64,000 bases of DNA, taken from Lama guanicoe. Its lineage: Eukaryota. The stretch is from contig MU053365.1 in NCBI GenBank assembly GCA_013239625.1, forward strand, positions 2,142,115 through 2,206,114, in the 5' to 3' direction. Made by a program: the position numbers and the translations under genes. The notes under the pieces are model-generated. The model saw only the letters and a program-made list of their open reading frames with translations, was not told the origin of the DNA and did no database searches. Of this stretch, positions 24,750 to 38,980 are shown in pieces (position 1 is the first letter of the stretch; every line of letters begins with the position of its first letter).

Positions 24750-26110
24750 TCTCCAGAACAAGGACAAAGAGATGGAAATAATGAGAGAATTTGAGGGATA
24801 GAAGAAGAGAAAGCAAAAATTCAGTTTGTAGGTAATTGTCTATCCTGAGAAAGAAATTGAAATAAATGGAGCTGAAACAATAATCAAATGTATAATAGAA
24901 GAAAATTTTCCTGAGCTGTAAAGAGTCTGCTGATCAAAAATGTCCATTGTATTTCAGTTAAAGTTAATGAAAAGAGAACAACACCTAGACTTATCCTGGT
25001 GACATTTCTGAATTACAAGGACAAAGAAAAAATTATCCTACATACAGCTCAGCAGAAAAATCAGGTAACTTACAAAGGAAAAAAACCCAGTCTGGTCTCA
25101 GACTTCCGTTCTGCAATCTTGAGCACCGGAAGAAAGTGAAGCAATGTCTATAGAGTTCTGAGGGAAAAAGGTTGTGACCAAAGTTTTCTTTACCCAGTCA
25201 AGGTATCATTCATGGATAAAAGTTACATTCCACCATGAAGAAGTAGCAGCCGTGAACCTACATGCTCTGAACAACAGAACTGTCAAAAATAATGTTAAAA
25301 ATATAAAATGATCAAATAATCGACCTGGAATACATACCAGAAAAAAAATCTAAGGATAGTAAAATGAAATCAAATAAGAATTTTAGAGTTTCCTTAGGTT
25401 AGTCAGGGCATAAGGCAACAATCATTTAGAAAATAAAATGGGAAGATGACCCGTTAAATAGAGAATAACATTCATAATAGAAACAAAAGATTTACTGGAC
25501 CTAAATGAAGAAAATGTAAAAATTATGAAAAATTTTTATAAGATATTATTGCAGATCAATTGACACTTTTAATTATCTCTTGGATAAGGATATTAAATGT
25601 TATAAGTAAATTTACCTTCTAAAATTAGTTCATAGTTTTAAAGTATTTCAAATCAAAATAGAGTAAAAACTGAATTAAAATTATATTCTAATGTATCTGG
25701 AAAAGTGAAAATTGGTATCTTGCAATAGTTAAGATCATTTTTTACAAAAGGTATTGCAGGAAGATTTGTTTAACCAGATATTAAAATAAACCATAAGTCA
25801 CAGGCATTAAAAGAGTTTGATACTGACACAAGAATCAACAAATAGATCACTTGAACACACTCGATTGCCCTGAAACACACTTTTTTATAAAAACAAACTC
25901 AACACATTCAAAATCAATGACCACAAACCAATGGAGAAATTTTTTCCTTTAAAATGTTAAGAAAAGAAGGTAATATTTGGAAACCACTTATGTAAATCCT
26001 CACCTCAAATCAAATGCCAAGGTAAATTTCAGATGGATTAAAGAGCTAAATGTAAAATACAGAAGCCCTGAAAACTCTGAAGAAAACGTAGATGAATACT
26101 TAACTTATCA
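24750..26110 (+). mobile_element. Old L1M (ORF1/ORF2 relics)
   Basis: A-rich degenerate L1 blocks (gaaaattttcctgagctg; aacacctagac; aaatttcagatggattaaagagctaaatgtaaaa); ORF 25977 reads KVNFRWIKELNVK, like L1 ORF2. Confidence 0.75.
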
Positions 26111-26669
26111 TAATGTTCAAGAATATGACTGTATTAAGATTGCAGAGGCTGAATACTAATCAAAGTGACCTAAAAGGGAGGACATTTTCTCATTGGTCCT
26201 CTACACTAATTATTTCCTCAAGGCAAAATAATTGATACCAGCCACGAATTTGCCAAGTGACTTCTCTGCTCATTTTATTCTCAGCGAATCACGTTTGATT
26301 AAATTTGTCATTTCTAAAGTATATTTGATAGGTGTTATCTCCTTTGATGTGTACATTTAGGTAATCTGTTATTTTCAAGATGTAAAGACAATTTAGGGGT
26401 GGTAGTGCAAACCTTGGTATTTCAAAGGATTGAACAACATTGGTGTGGTAAGCTAGAAAGAGAACTCTCTTATTCTGCCATTTTTGCCGTTGTAATGGGA
26501 GTGGAGAGCTGCCGGAGAAGGCTGAATAAGAAGGTGTCATAGTCCAGCTTTAAGCAAGTATACAAACAACTCTGCAAAAGTGTCCTTCTCTTTGCAACTT
26601 TCAAGTATACAATACAGTGTTGTCAACTATGGTCACCAAGCTGTCCATTGCCCCAGAACTGCCAACTGG

Positions 26670-26805
26670 ATAGGAATCGCCTAGAGATTTGGGTAAAATG
26701 TACATTGTGATACAGTAGATGCGAAGCAGGGGCTCGAGGTTCTGACTTTTTAGCTCTCAGGCGGTCCAGATCCTTCTGGTCTACTGACCATACCTAGAGT
26801 AGAAG
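26670..26805. mobile_element. MER5A-like relic
   Basis: ggaatcgcctagag..aaaatgtacattgtgatacagtagat..gaccatacctagagtagaagg. Confidence 0.5.
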
Positions 26806-26823
26806 GCGCCAGTGCACTGCAAA

Positions 26824-26848
26824 CGCACACACACACACACACACACCC
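26824..26848. repeat. (CA)n microsatellite
   Basis: Direct observation. Confidence 0.9.
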
Positions 26849-29800
26849 CTTCAGTTACTATAATGTGCTAAGTTGTATGAACAGAAAACAGGACAGTAGA
26901 GTTCAGTTAAGCAAAAAGTCAACACCAATAATATAGAAATGTATGGAAAGATATATTTACTTATTTAAAATATACTATCTAAGTAGGTAGATATGTAAAA
27001 TGAACTCCCATACCATGAATTCTCAAAAGTGCTATATTTTGGAAACCGTGTCAAGGGTCCACTTTACCCCCGAGAGTATGAGTGATTGACAGGAAAAACA
27101 CTTCTTTTCCATGTTACATGATGCCCAACGGGACCTCCATGTGCACAGTTTGGATATTTGTCACTGTTATTGGCTACAGTTTAGTAAGATTCCTGAAGGG
27201 ACAAGAGGGCATATTACTGAAAATTAATCACATTTGCAATAGATTAATAAAACTGGCTTAACTGAATCCGTAAAGAGACTCTCCCAACCAAAGTTGGAGA
27301 GAAAGCACAGGTTTTTAAAGGGACTGTGCATGTATATTTGATGATTCTATGAGCTCTTAAAGCCATGAAATTGTGACTGTTGTTATTCATTGAATGTACA
27401 TTCTGAGAGCGATGCCACGTTTCAGTGTAATTTTTGTGGCCTTTCTGCTAAACTTACCATTCCAGTCAGGTCAATTTTACATTTACTACAATCAAGATTC
27501 TATTCTCTTCCTTCCTGCACGTGAGCGCCTTCTAAGCTTGCTTGGCTCCCCACTCTTGCTGTGATAAAGACATAGGACTCCAGTCTACATTTTGAGATCT
27601 GATCCCAAATTCTCCCTTTAATTTGCAAAATCACTTTTGAATTTTTTCCCTCAATTAGAGAATCTTTCATTGGGCTCATTTTTCAAATGTCCTTCCTTTA
27701 TCCTTTTAGACGGTTTAGATATTGGAAAAAAGAGATTTCTCCTCCTTTTTAACTATTTTTTAAGACGAGCATACTTTATCATATTGATTACCAGGCCTAG
27801 GGATTTTTATTCTGAATAAACTATTACACTACCCAACTCGTGGACTACTTCAGGCTGGGTTTTAGTGTTAGATTAGTTATAAATTCTTGACACTTGGGAA
27901 GGGCAAGCCAGATCCTCTCTCCATAAAAGATCATAGGTAAGATGGTCCTCATCTTTCCTGATGCATCATTTCGTGGTAGTGCCCTACCGCTCATACTCTC
28001 AGTAGGTAAAATGGACCCTTGATAGAACTTGCAAGACAGAGCATTTTTGAGAATTAACTTTACCTAACTGCCTGCTTAGATAGTATATTTTAAATAGATC
28101 TTGAAATTCTTCATTTTCAGTAATGTGCTCTTTCGTCCCTTCAGGGTTTATAGTGGATGCCTGCTAAACTGAAGCCAATAGCAGCCGGAAAAAGTATCCA
28201 AACTGTGAACACGGGGGTCTCACTGGGCTTCACAATAGAACACCATGCAGTCATGTAAATCATGTTATAGAAAAATAGTTTGTGACACAGGAAAATGAAC
28301 ACGCTTTATTATGTGCAAAAGGCAGGTTATCAAATATAGTATATGTTTCAATTTTGATTCCAAGCATCATATCAATTTTGTTTGAATTGTAATGTGAGTG
28401 CTGGAGCAGCTCCATAATTACAGGGCCGAGTACAAAATGAAACACAGAGCCCTGCAACCCCCGTGTGTGTGTGTGTTTGTGTGTGTGCACACATTTGCAC
28501 GCTACTTAGACTAGGATGATATGCACCGAAATGCCCAGATGTTAATGGCTATATCAGAATGAGGGCATTATGGGTGATTTTAATTTTCTTCTTTGTTCTC
28601 TTCTGAGTTTATACTTCTTCAACAATAAAATCATATTAGTAAAGTGGTTAGGAAAAATACCAATAAATGCTATCATTAAAAGATGATACTTTTAGTTAAA
28701 GGCAGAGCGATGTTCTGGAAATAAAAATAGCTACTTCTTTTGTCTGCTTAAAAGGGGCTGGACAAGGTGCAAGCACTTTCTATGTCTTCTCCTCCATCCC
28801 CCAGCAGTGAGGTCATATTCTCCTCTCTTTTGTAGATTCTAAGATTCCCAAAGTAACTTGTTTAAGCACGAAGCGAGGATTCAGCCTTAACGGTAAAAGC
28901 ATCCCCAACACAATATGAACGAGAAGCCGGGAAGCCTACATAAGACTGAAGTGAGTCATACTGTCTCTCGGCTTTTTTTAATCAATAAAATCAGCAGTAT
29001 GGATAAAAACAATTGTCCTGCTTAATCAACAGTGTTGTCATGAGGATCAGAAAGCAATAAATAAGATGTGCTTTAATAACCATGAAGCTGCTGTGTTCCT
29101 GTGTTTGTGTAGCCAAAACTGAGGGGCATGTGCTCCAGCACAGGTGACAGGTAGGCTTGTGGCTTGGAAACATACACCCAGGAAAATGTTATGAATCCAT
29201 GATGACTAACGTGTACAAACATCTGAAGTATGTTCCTCCCCTTTCCACCTTGTGACATCACTCTTACCCAGTAAATCAACAAAGAGTGAAGCTGGAATTC
29301 CAAGCCAGGCAGTTTGACTCTGGGACGTGGCATCCAGTCATGAAAGTACGTTTTGGTTCAAAAAAACAATGCTCTTCATAGCAGCTAACCCAATTATTTC
29401 AATCCAGGAATGCTTTACCAGGCAAAGAGCTACCTCACTAAGTCCTTAAGATTATGATAATTTTAATAAAGCTTTGATTAGTAGCAGCTGGAAGTGAAAA
29501 CATCAAACATTAATAAAAGAGTGTGCATGAATTTAAAATCTTTACACAAAATGGCCTCCTTAAATATGTCATGTCATTTTTGGACTTGAGGTTTGACAGG
29601 GCTGTAAGGAACAATATTTCCCATCACAACTGATGGCCACTAAACCTTCCTCACAAATATAATGGCATCAAACAGACTTGGGTGTTATAAGGCCGTCCGA
29701 ATAGCTGGTGCAGAAACTTTCTCTGATTGAAACGTCAGTCAACTTCCAACTTGGCTAATTAAATACTAATGAGGAGCTTGTTCAACGAATTATAAACATT

Positions 29801-30662
29801 GGCTGACATCCTACCCTGACTGGTTGGTAACCACACAGCTGGCAGAGTGCAGCCAAGACTTGATTGGACCACAGGTAGGTTTCCAAAACCTCTCCGTGTC
29901 TCCCCACCTCTACCAAAGCCACAGTCTCGGCCCACAGTCTCGGACTGCAGCTCTTCTCCATGGGAGCCCCACATGTCTCTTTTACCTAAGCTTCACCTTT
30001 TCCTCTTAATTTTGTTATTTAGAATATTTCTTTTTTGTCCCCACTTAATTGCATGCTATATGTCTTTTTCCTTCTCCCTCTCCGAAGAAACATACCCATC
30101 TGCTTGGTTCTTTTGGTTTCAGAATTTCTCGGCCTTTTCTGACTGTCTCCTGTTCCTTCTGATTTGTTATTAGCTAACAAAGATGTTTTCCATCATTGCA
30201 GACTCTTAGAAATAAAGCTACAATAAAATAAAAAGACTTTCCTAAAATGTTGTTTTCTTCATAGCCTTTCTAATTTAGAAGGCATGTTAAATGTGATAAT
30301 TAGGCATAATAAAGTTATCAGAACTAAAAATAAAAGCCAGAAGTTTAAACAGTAATGAAATATTTCACGCATACTCCACAGCTCTGCTCCATTATTGTTT
30401 GACAGCTTAAGGAAAGACTCTAAGAAACTGAAAACTAAAAGTGGAACCCAAGAAGGAGGGTATGGTTCTCCTCAAGGGATAAGGAGAAAGAGGGATGTTT
30501 GGATTTAGTGGACAACGTTCTGGGGGAATTCGGAGATTTTTTTATGTCCTAAAAGAAGAGAAAAAAATAATAAAAAGAATTGGTGCACAGTCTTCTCTGA
30601 AGGCAAGGATAACTTCAGGTGAGGAAAAAGAGAAAGAGGTAAAACAAGAAAAGCTTATTCTG

Positions 30663-31545
30663 TATACAAATAGCTCAGACAACTCAATAACAAGAAAGCA
30701 AACACCCAATAAAAAAATGAGTAAAAGACCTAAATAGACATTTCTCCAAAGAAGACATACAGATGGCCAAGAAGCACAGGAAGAGATGCTCAATGTCGCT
30801 AATTATCAGAGAAATACAAATCAAAACTACAATGAGGTATCACCTCACACCAGGCAGAATAGCATCCAAAAGTCCACAAACAATAAATGCTGGAGAGGGT
30901 GTGGAGAAAAGGGAACCCTCCTACACTGCTGGTGGGAATGTACTTTGGTGCAGCCATGATGGAAAACAGTACAGAGATTACTCAAAAGACTAAAAATAGA
31001 CCTACCATACGATCCAGCAATCCCACTCCTGGGCATATATCCAGAGGGAACCTTAATTCAAAAAGATACATGCACCCCATTGTTCATAGCAGCACTATAT
31101 ACAATAGCTAAGACATGGAAATAACCTAAACGTCCATTGACAGATGACTGGATAGAGAAGATGTGGTTTAATTATACAATGGAATACTATTCAGTCATAA
31201 AAAAGAATAAAATGCCATTTGCAGCAACATGGATGGACCTGGGATTGCACATACATAGAAAACAAACTTATGGTTACCAGGGGGTAGGGGGTGGGAAGGG
31301 ATAATTTGGGAGCTTGGGATTTGCAGATAGATACTAACTACTATATATAAAATAGACAAAAAAACAAGGTCCTACAGTACAGCACAGGGGACTATATTCA
31401 ATACCTCATAACAGCCTATAATGAAAAATAATATGAAAAGGGATATATATGTATATGTATAACTGAATCACCATGTTGTACACCAGAAACTAACACAACA
31501 TTATAAATCAACTCTACTTCAAATCAAAAAGGAAAAAGGGGAAAA
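30663..31545 (+). mobile_element. 5'-truncated young L1 (ORF2 C-terminus + 3' UTR) with 17-bp TSD
   Basis: ORF2 peptides [15 protein letters not shown] and [14 protein letters not shown]; cetartiodactyl-type tail; perfect TSD aagaaaagcttattctg at 30646-30662 and 31546-31562. Confidence 0.95.
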
Positions 31546-33768
31546 AAGAAAAGCTTATTCTGATCACAGAAAACAATAAGCAGCTACTGAATAGATGATC
31601 TCCAGTAACAACTGAACAGACCTAATTCAAGCATAACTTTTGAGCCCTAAGCAGAAGCAGCAACATGAACTGAAAAAAAGAAAACCAGCAGGAGACAATT
31701 GATTCTGAGGTTTAACCTAACCTACCCTGAAGATCTAATTACTTTGAAGCCAGAGAACACATACACCAAAAAGCACCTAACAATGGACGGATACTAAGTG
31801 TAAGATTTCTACAGATACTCGGAGTGACAACTGCTCCGCCACTTACATAGGGAAGTAGAAGATCACATTGGAAAGGCAAGTAACGAAGGGCCAGATAAAC
31901 GAGAATGAGTATCCAGTGCCCAGCCAGGACCGGATGGGGCGTCATTACTGATGTTTGAGAATGAGAAAGGAAGGATTTAAATTGTGCTTTATTTTCCATT
32001 TTTTCCCCTTCCTGTTTTACATATCTTTTCATTTATCCCAGCAGTAGAAGCGACAGATGTCTAAGATGTTTCCAGTGTACCCTTATTTTTATGGACAATT
32101 GTACTTGCACAGCATTGTGAACAGCAACATCTGAGCAAGGCGGATCCCATGTGGTAGTCCTCTGTGGCTGCATGAAGACACTGACGTGTTCACTCATCCC
32201 GATGCGGTTTGTTAAGGGCTCCGTGGCTTAGAGAAAACCCGATCGCCCTATGCCTGGCATACTTCATGAGATTCCTCCATTTCATTAGTGAGAATGGGGT
32301 GCAGCTTTGTAGAAAGCTCCTTAAGAAAGACACTGCTCTTTCCAGTCATAGTTGGTCACTGGGCAGGAACGTGTGTCCACTGTGTGCCCAGCACAGTGTA
32401 TAATGACCATAGATTATACTCTTCCAATTCGGATGAGAGAATTAAAATGAGAGAGAATACTTTAGCAGAAATATACATGTGGTAGTTCAGTGCAAGGGTA
32501 AAACTGCAAACTCACAGAGGGAGTCCACTCAAAATGTGATCATTTGTTTATGCAATTGTGTCTACATGCCATGCATTTGTTTCAAGGGTCTGATACTAAC
32601 ATGTTACAGGTTTAGGGTATTTCGATATCCAATCATTCGACAGAAAAGCTACCTCCCTTATTATTTTCATATTCCCAGGTGGAGAAGTCGGCATTTACAT
32701 GCACCTATTTCAGTTTCTCAGGCTGCTAACGGTAGATTTTATGAGAACACTTCTTGTATTCAATAAGAAAACAGTCAACAAACATTATTGAGAGCTTTCA
32801 CCATGCCAAGAGGGGTAACAAAAACATTTGGGAATTTATGGTGTAATTGTTTCAAAGCAAAGACCTAAGGTATTTACCATCTTGTATAAGATTATGTTCA
32901 GGACACAATTAGAGAAAGAGAAGAGGAGGTTGGCTCTATTTTCTGACACCGGATGAAGAAAACTGACAGGGACTCTCCAGAGAGATGACAGGTAAAGGAA
33001 ATGCCAGAATGATTACCAAGGGAATGGAAATCTCTAGACTTGAGGTTGATTGGAGACGAAAGGATATTATACATAACCTAATTAACTTAATGCATCCTTA
33101 ATTAGGTTAAGGGAGTGTCTACATTCTAAAGGTTCAAAGACATTTAGGCTTCTGCCAGAATTTCCTTGGAGAAAGAAATGCGGTTTTTCATTTTTACACA
33201 AAATCGTGACGAGTAACAGTCTTACCCACAATTCTGAAGGAAACAAAAAAAAAATGACAGGATATTAAAGAATTTACTATTATTGTATATCTTTGATTAT
33301 CTCATGTTGAAACAGGTCTACAAGGTACTTCTTACTCATAAGGTTTCTTTCATTAACTCACATATTATTGAAGCCATTCTTTGGTTTAAATACATTTTAG
33401 AGTTTATAAATAGTTCGATTTCTGCTATAAATTGACAGTCTCCTGTCACTTATGTGAATTCCTTCAGAAAATAGGTTTTCTGTGAATCCCCCAAGTGCCC
33501 AGACTACTCTGTCGGAGCTTCTAAGCTCTGGATACTCACAGACTCCTGGTGGCAGCATCACCAGAAACCCCGGGGTCAGCCCTCAGAGTTAACCATTATC
33601 AATCCCATGTTCAACTGATGTACAACCCTCCTAAAAGAGAAAGTGGGTTTTTGCTGTGATCTCCATGTCAGGGATTTCAGCCTATATGCACCATGACAAT
33701 TTTGAGTTCTGCCCTTTTTTAGTTGTCTAACCAGCGATGTGAACAGTCATTATGCAGCCGTGCAAATT

Positions 33769-36017
33769 CAGGCAGACCTCGGAGATGCGGCAGGTTTGGT
33801 TCCAGCCTACCACAGTAAAGCAAATATTGCAATAAAGCGAGTCACGCAGTCTTTTTTTGTTGTTTGTTCATTTCCCAGCACATATAAAAGTTATGTTTAT
33901 TTTATATTGTAGTCTATTAAGTGTGGAAGAGCATTGTGTCTCAAAAACAATGTACAGACCTTAATTAAAAACACTTTATGCTAAAAAATGCTAACCAACA
34001 CGAGAGCCTTCAGCAAATTGTGATCTTTTTGCTGGTCAACAGCCTTGCCTCCGTGTTGACGGCTGCTGACTGATCAGGGTGGTGGTTGCTGAAGGTGGGG
34101 GTGGCTGTGGCAACTTCTTAAAATAAGACAACAAGAACGTTAGCCACGTTGATTGATTCTTCCTTTTATGAGCCATTTCTTTATAGCATGCAGTGCTGTT
34201 TGATAGCATTTTATGCACAGTAGAACTTTGAAAGTTGGAGTCAATTCCCTTAAACCCTGCTGCTGCTTTATCAGCTAAGTTGTTGTAGCATTCTAAATCC
34301 TTTGTTATTTCAATAATTTTCTCAGCACCTTCACCAGGAGCAGATTCTCTCTCAAGAAACCCCTTTCTTCGCCCATCCATAAGAAGCAACTCCTCATCCC
34401 TTAAAGTTCTATCACGAGACTGCAGCAATTCAGTCACATCTTCAGGCTCCACTTCTAATTCTAGTTCTCGTGAAATTTCCACCACACCTGCAGTTACTTC
34501 CCCACTGAAGTCTTGATCCCCTCAAAGTCATCCATGAGAGTTGGAATCAACTTCTTCCTAACTCCGGTGACTGTTGATATTTTGACCTCTTCCCATGAAT
34601 CATGAATGTTCTTAATGGCACCTAGAGTGGTGAATACTTTCTAGAAGGTTTTCAAATTATTTTGCCCAGATCCATCAGAGGAATCACTATGCATAGCAGC
34701 TATAGCCTTAGGAAATGTATTTCTTAAATAATAAGAGCCAAGAGTCAAAATGACTCCTTGATCCACTAGCTTCAGGGAGGATGCTGCACTCCCAGACATG
34801 AAAACAACATTCATCTTGTGCAGCTCCATCACAGCTCTTGGGTGACCAGGTGCATTGTCAATGAGCAGTAATACTTTGAGAGGAATCTTTTTCTCTGGGC
34901 AGGAGGTCTCAACAGTGGGCTTAAAATATTGAGTAAACCATGTTGTGAACAGATGTGCTGTCATCCAGGCTTTGTTGTTCCATCTATAGAGCACAGACAG
35001 AGTAGATTTAGCATCACTCTTAAGGGCCCTAGGATTTTCAGAATGGTAAGTGAGCAGTGGCTTCAACTGAAAGTCACCAGCTGCATTAGCTCCAAACAGG
35101 AGAGTCAGCCTGTCCTTTGAAGCTCTGAAGCCAGGCTTTGACTTCTCCTCTCTAGCTATGAACGTCCTAGATGGCATCTTCTTCCAATAGAAGGCTGCTT
35201 TGTCTACACTGAAAATCTGTTGTTTAGTTTAACCACCTTCATGAATTCTCTGAGCTGGATCTTCTGGAGAACTTGCCTCAGCTTCTGCATCAGCACTGGT
35301 ACTTTCACGTTATGGAGACAGCTTCTTTCCTTAAACCTCATCAACCAACCTCTCTACTGGCTTCAAACTTTCTTTCTGCAGCTTCCTCACCCCTCTCAGC
35401 CTTCACAGAATTGAAGAGAGTTAGGGTCTTGCTCTGGACTAGGCTGTGACTTAAGGAAAGGTTGTGGCTGGTTTGATCTTCTATCCAGACCACTCCAACC
35501 TTCTCCACGTCAGCAATAAGGCTGCTTCACTTTCTTATCATTCATGTGCTCACTGGAGTAGCACTTGCAATTTCCTTTTCCCAGCATTCACAACTTGGCT
35601 AATTGTTTGGTGCCAGAGACCTAGCTTTCAGCTATCTTGGCTTTTGACATGCCTTCCTCACTAAGCTTGATCATTTCTAGCTTTTGATTTAAAGCGAGAG
35701 ACATGTGGCTTTTTTCTTACTTGAACACTTAGAGGCCACTGTAGGATTATTTATTGGCCTCATTTCAATATGGTCGCATCTCAGGTACTCAGGAGGCCGA
35801 AAGAGAGGGAGAGAGATGGAGGAAGGACCATTATGCGGAGCAGTCAGAGTACACACAGCATTTATCAGTGAGGTTTACTGTGTTGTATGGGCCCACTATT
35901 GGGACAATGACACCAATAGACGTGCTCAATGCAAGGTTGCCACAGACTTTCAATATGTGAAAATCACAATATTTGCAAAGCAGAATAAAGCGAGTGCAAT
36001 AAAACAAGGTGTGCCTG
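33769..36017 (-). mobile_element. Tigger1 (pogo/Tc1-mariner) DNA transposon, near full length, disrupted transposase
   Basis: TIRs caggcagacctc / aggtgtgcctg. Transposase pieces at 34641-35177 ([34 protein letters not shown]) and 34036-34485 ([15 protein letters not shown]), separated by stops/frameshifts. Confidence 0.95.
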
Positions 36018-37119
36018 CAGAACTTCTGTTAGTGGAAAAAGAGTTTGAAAACCAGATTCATCTTTACATGTTGTTTCCCTCCCTCTAACTTCCCGGCAGC
36101 CTCCCATCCTAGACTACTGCTCATTTTCCAATCACTCTTCAATCAGTATTCCCAGGATTTGTTTTATATTTTCAGGTGATTGTTTACTAAGATTTTCCAC
36201 CTTCCTAATATTTCTTCAACCAGCAATCTTAAAGCCATTCTTAAAAAAAAATAACTTTTTATCTTTTCTTTGTACATTTTCAGTTTTACCCCTTCTTTAG
36301 CTCTTCTCTTTTTAAAGTTTAATTCTCATATTACTTCTTCCCATATTATCTTATTCTTGCCATTTAAATTGTAAACCTATGACTCAAAAGTCAAGAGTCC
36401 ACATGCTTGTAAATGCTCATGTTTGAATCGCCTATATTATCAAACCAAACATTTTTGTCTAAAGTTGATTCTGAGTTTTGTGTTTCCAATTCAAGGTATT
36501 GATTTCCACCAAAAATAAACTTAAAACAGGGATTTCATGGAGAGAATGATTGCAAAATACTTTGTTTACATGTCCAAGCCTCCCGTAAGAACTGTACACT
36601 TCTGGGGGCAATTTTCCCATCACACCAGAACTCAGATCTCCCATCCATTCAACAGCATTTGTATTGCTTACCTCATGTGCATTGACCACATCTCATGATT
36701 TTAGCACTGAAAGTACTGCATGCCCTCAGTCCCAGGAAGACAAGGACTGCGTACAGTTGGTGTAAGGTTGAAAGGAGATGAAATGACAAGCAGCCAGCAC
36801 GGCATCTGGCTCACAGTGTAAGTTCCAAACTGGTAGCTCCTCCTCTTCCTCTTCCACTCGGGCCTCTGGTCCTAGAAAGAATGCATTATTTTAAAATCAG
36901 GGAAAACATAAAACTGAAAAAAAAATCTGAATGCCTTTGAGGAAGTCAGCAAATCCTAGTGTAAAAGTAAACATTTCCTCTTACTGATGGGCATTCAGTA
37001 GAATTAGTTCCCTCTGTTTGTCACATACCTCACCTTATGCTATTATAAAAAGTATCTGTGTCTCTTAGTCTGATTTGGTCACTGGCTGATAGTATTTTAA
37101 TGTACATAATAAGACAAGA

Positions 37120-37122
<3 letters not shown>

Positions 37123-37156
<34 letters not shown>
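37123..37156. repeat. (CA)n microsatellite
   Basis: Direct observation. Confidence 0.95.
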
Positions 37157-37159
<3 letters not shown>

Positions 37160-37199
37160 CAATGCTTTATTTAAGAGAAAGTCAGCAGTATGATATTGT

Positions 37200-37405
37200 G
37201 AAATGACAGCTCTGGGTTTTTATCTGTGTTCCACTAATGACAAGCTGAGTGACTCCGGGCAAGTCATCTCCACTCTGTGCCTCAGTTACTTCTTGGGGAC
37301 AATAGTGATAATTATTATTGTCCTGACATCGCAGTTGTTACTAGGGTCAAACTAGATGGTGCTTATAAAAGCCCCCTCTAGGCTAAAAAGCATAGTCAAC
37401 ATGAG
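37200..37405 (+). mobile_element. MIR SINE
   Basis: gctgagtgactccgggcaagtcat..tgtgcctcagtt. Confidence 0.7.
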
Positions 37406-38409
37406 TGCCAGAATTATAGGCTTTCCAAATACTGTGCCATTTGATGTGACAGAATTCTGATTCCTGGGCCTGATTTCTGGAAGCTAGTGTAGTATCAGCC
37501 ACGCTTAACTCTTCACCTTGAGTTAGGAAGTCTTCCAAAAGAAATCATACCCTACTCAATGATTCTTAAGGGGTACAAACGTTCTCAAACATTCAGAGAG
37601 CATCAATACTCAATACCCAATGCTCAGTTCACCAGATTCTCCCAGATTATGAAACTCCCACAATCGGCCATCTTGTATGTCTTCCATTTGTTTTCTAGCC
37701 TGGACAGCTTTTCACTATTTCAGGAAATATGCAAACATATAATCAGCAGAGTGGCAGAAAATTGGAACTCTCTGCTACAGCTGGGGTTTTATCCCTTCCC
37801 CTCCCTGAGGCCATGCAAGGTCATTGGGGTCTTTTCCTTGCCTGGAAAGTATAGTAAAATTACGGATGTATTTTCAGTGGTCCTTGAAAGGGATGTATGT
37901 AACTACCAATACAAAGTTCAAAATTATGTCTCAGTCTTGGTTAATTACCTAATAAGTTAAGACATGGTTCTAGAAAAATACAAGAGGAGCAGGCCCAGCC
38001 TTAGAACTCCACTTCCTAACGCCATCCAGAGACATCAGAAAGCTTTAGTTATAACTCAAGTCAAGCAGACATCAGGTTTTTTCAGGGGCTTTCATAACAG
38101 ATGCCCATTCCAAGATAATTCCATCATTAATGCCTGACACAGTATCTGGCACTTAAACTGCAACATGGGGCCGTGAGAAGAACAGAGAACTGAAAAGGCA
38201 AAGAAAAATAAGGTTTCTACTCCTGGATCTGTTCTAGAACTGTGTGACCTGGGGCATGGAGGCACTTGATAACTATTTGTTTTCTAATGAATGCATTATA
38301 TAAAATACCAGAAATAGATGTCCCTGTGAATCATAAGGAAAAGCAAAGCCTAGCGCTTCTCAGTGCTCTCAAGTATGATGATACAAACATACACATAAAA
38401 AAAAAAAGG

Positions 38410-38828
38410 CAGAATGATCTTTCAGGCCGAGGGAACAACATGTGCAGATTCACTGAGACCTGGAATAGGACGGTATGTCCTCACTAGTTAGTACTCTGAA
38501 TGCATAGCAGGGGCGGGGGGCAGTGTGATTGGAGAATTGGAGAAGGCAGAATGCATATGGGGGAGGTAGATTGTGGCTTCACTTTACACACTGTTTTAAG
38601 GGCTTCAGCTTTTATCCTATAGTTAGTGGGAAGCCAGGGCTTGGGGGTAGCAGAGACAGATTCCAACAGTGAGAGCTAGTGTGCAGAAAAAAATTCTCTA
38701 GTAGCAACACGAAAGGTGGATTGGTCATGGCGGCCAGAGAGGGGATGGGGACGCAAAGTGGGGGTTGGCGGGACGGCAAAGAGAGACTGCAGGAGGGGAG
38801 ATGGAAATCAGGTTAAGAAGTAATTGCA
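38410..38828 (-). mobile_element. L2 fragment (continues after 39190)
   Basis: caggccgagggaacaacatgtgcaga..cttttatcctatagttagtgggaagcca. Confidence 0.6.
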
Positions 38829-38963
38829 GGGGAAGGGTATAGCTCAAGTGGTAGAGTGCATGCTTAGCATGCACAAAGTCCTGGGTTCAATTCCCCAGTA
38901 CACCCTCTAAAAATAAATAAACCTAATTACCTCCTCCCTACAAAATAAAAATAAAATAAAATA
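38829..38963 (+). mobile_element. tRNA-Ala-derived SINE (camelid vic-1 type)
   Basis: ggggaagggtatagctcaagtggtagagtgcatgcttagcatgcac..ctgggttcaattcccc: A/B boxes, AGC anticodon arm, unique tail and (TAAAA)n end. Confidence 0.85.
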
Positions 38964-38980
38964 AAGAAGTAGCTTCAATA

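Noticed and set aside
27458..27558. Possible minus-strand 101-nt exon (tctttatcacag| .. ATG|GTAAGT)
   Set aside because: Splice-like pairs are frequent by chance in 64 kb; no supporting ORF or expression evidence.
34036..35177. TIGD1-like protein-coding gene
   Set aside because: Fragmented frames inside a TIR-bounded Tigger1 fossil.
38829..38900. tRNA-Ala gene
   Set aside because: Followed by a SINE-specific tail, A-rich end and TSDs, with an imperfect acceptor stem; it is a SINE head.
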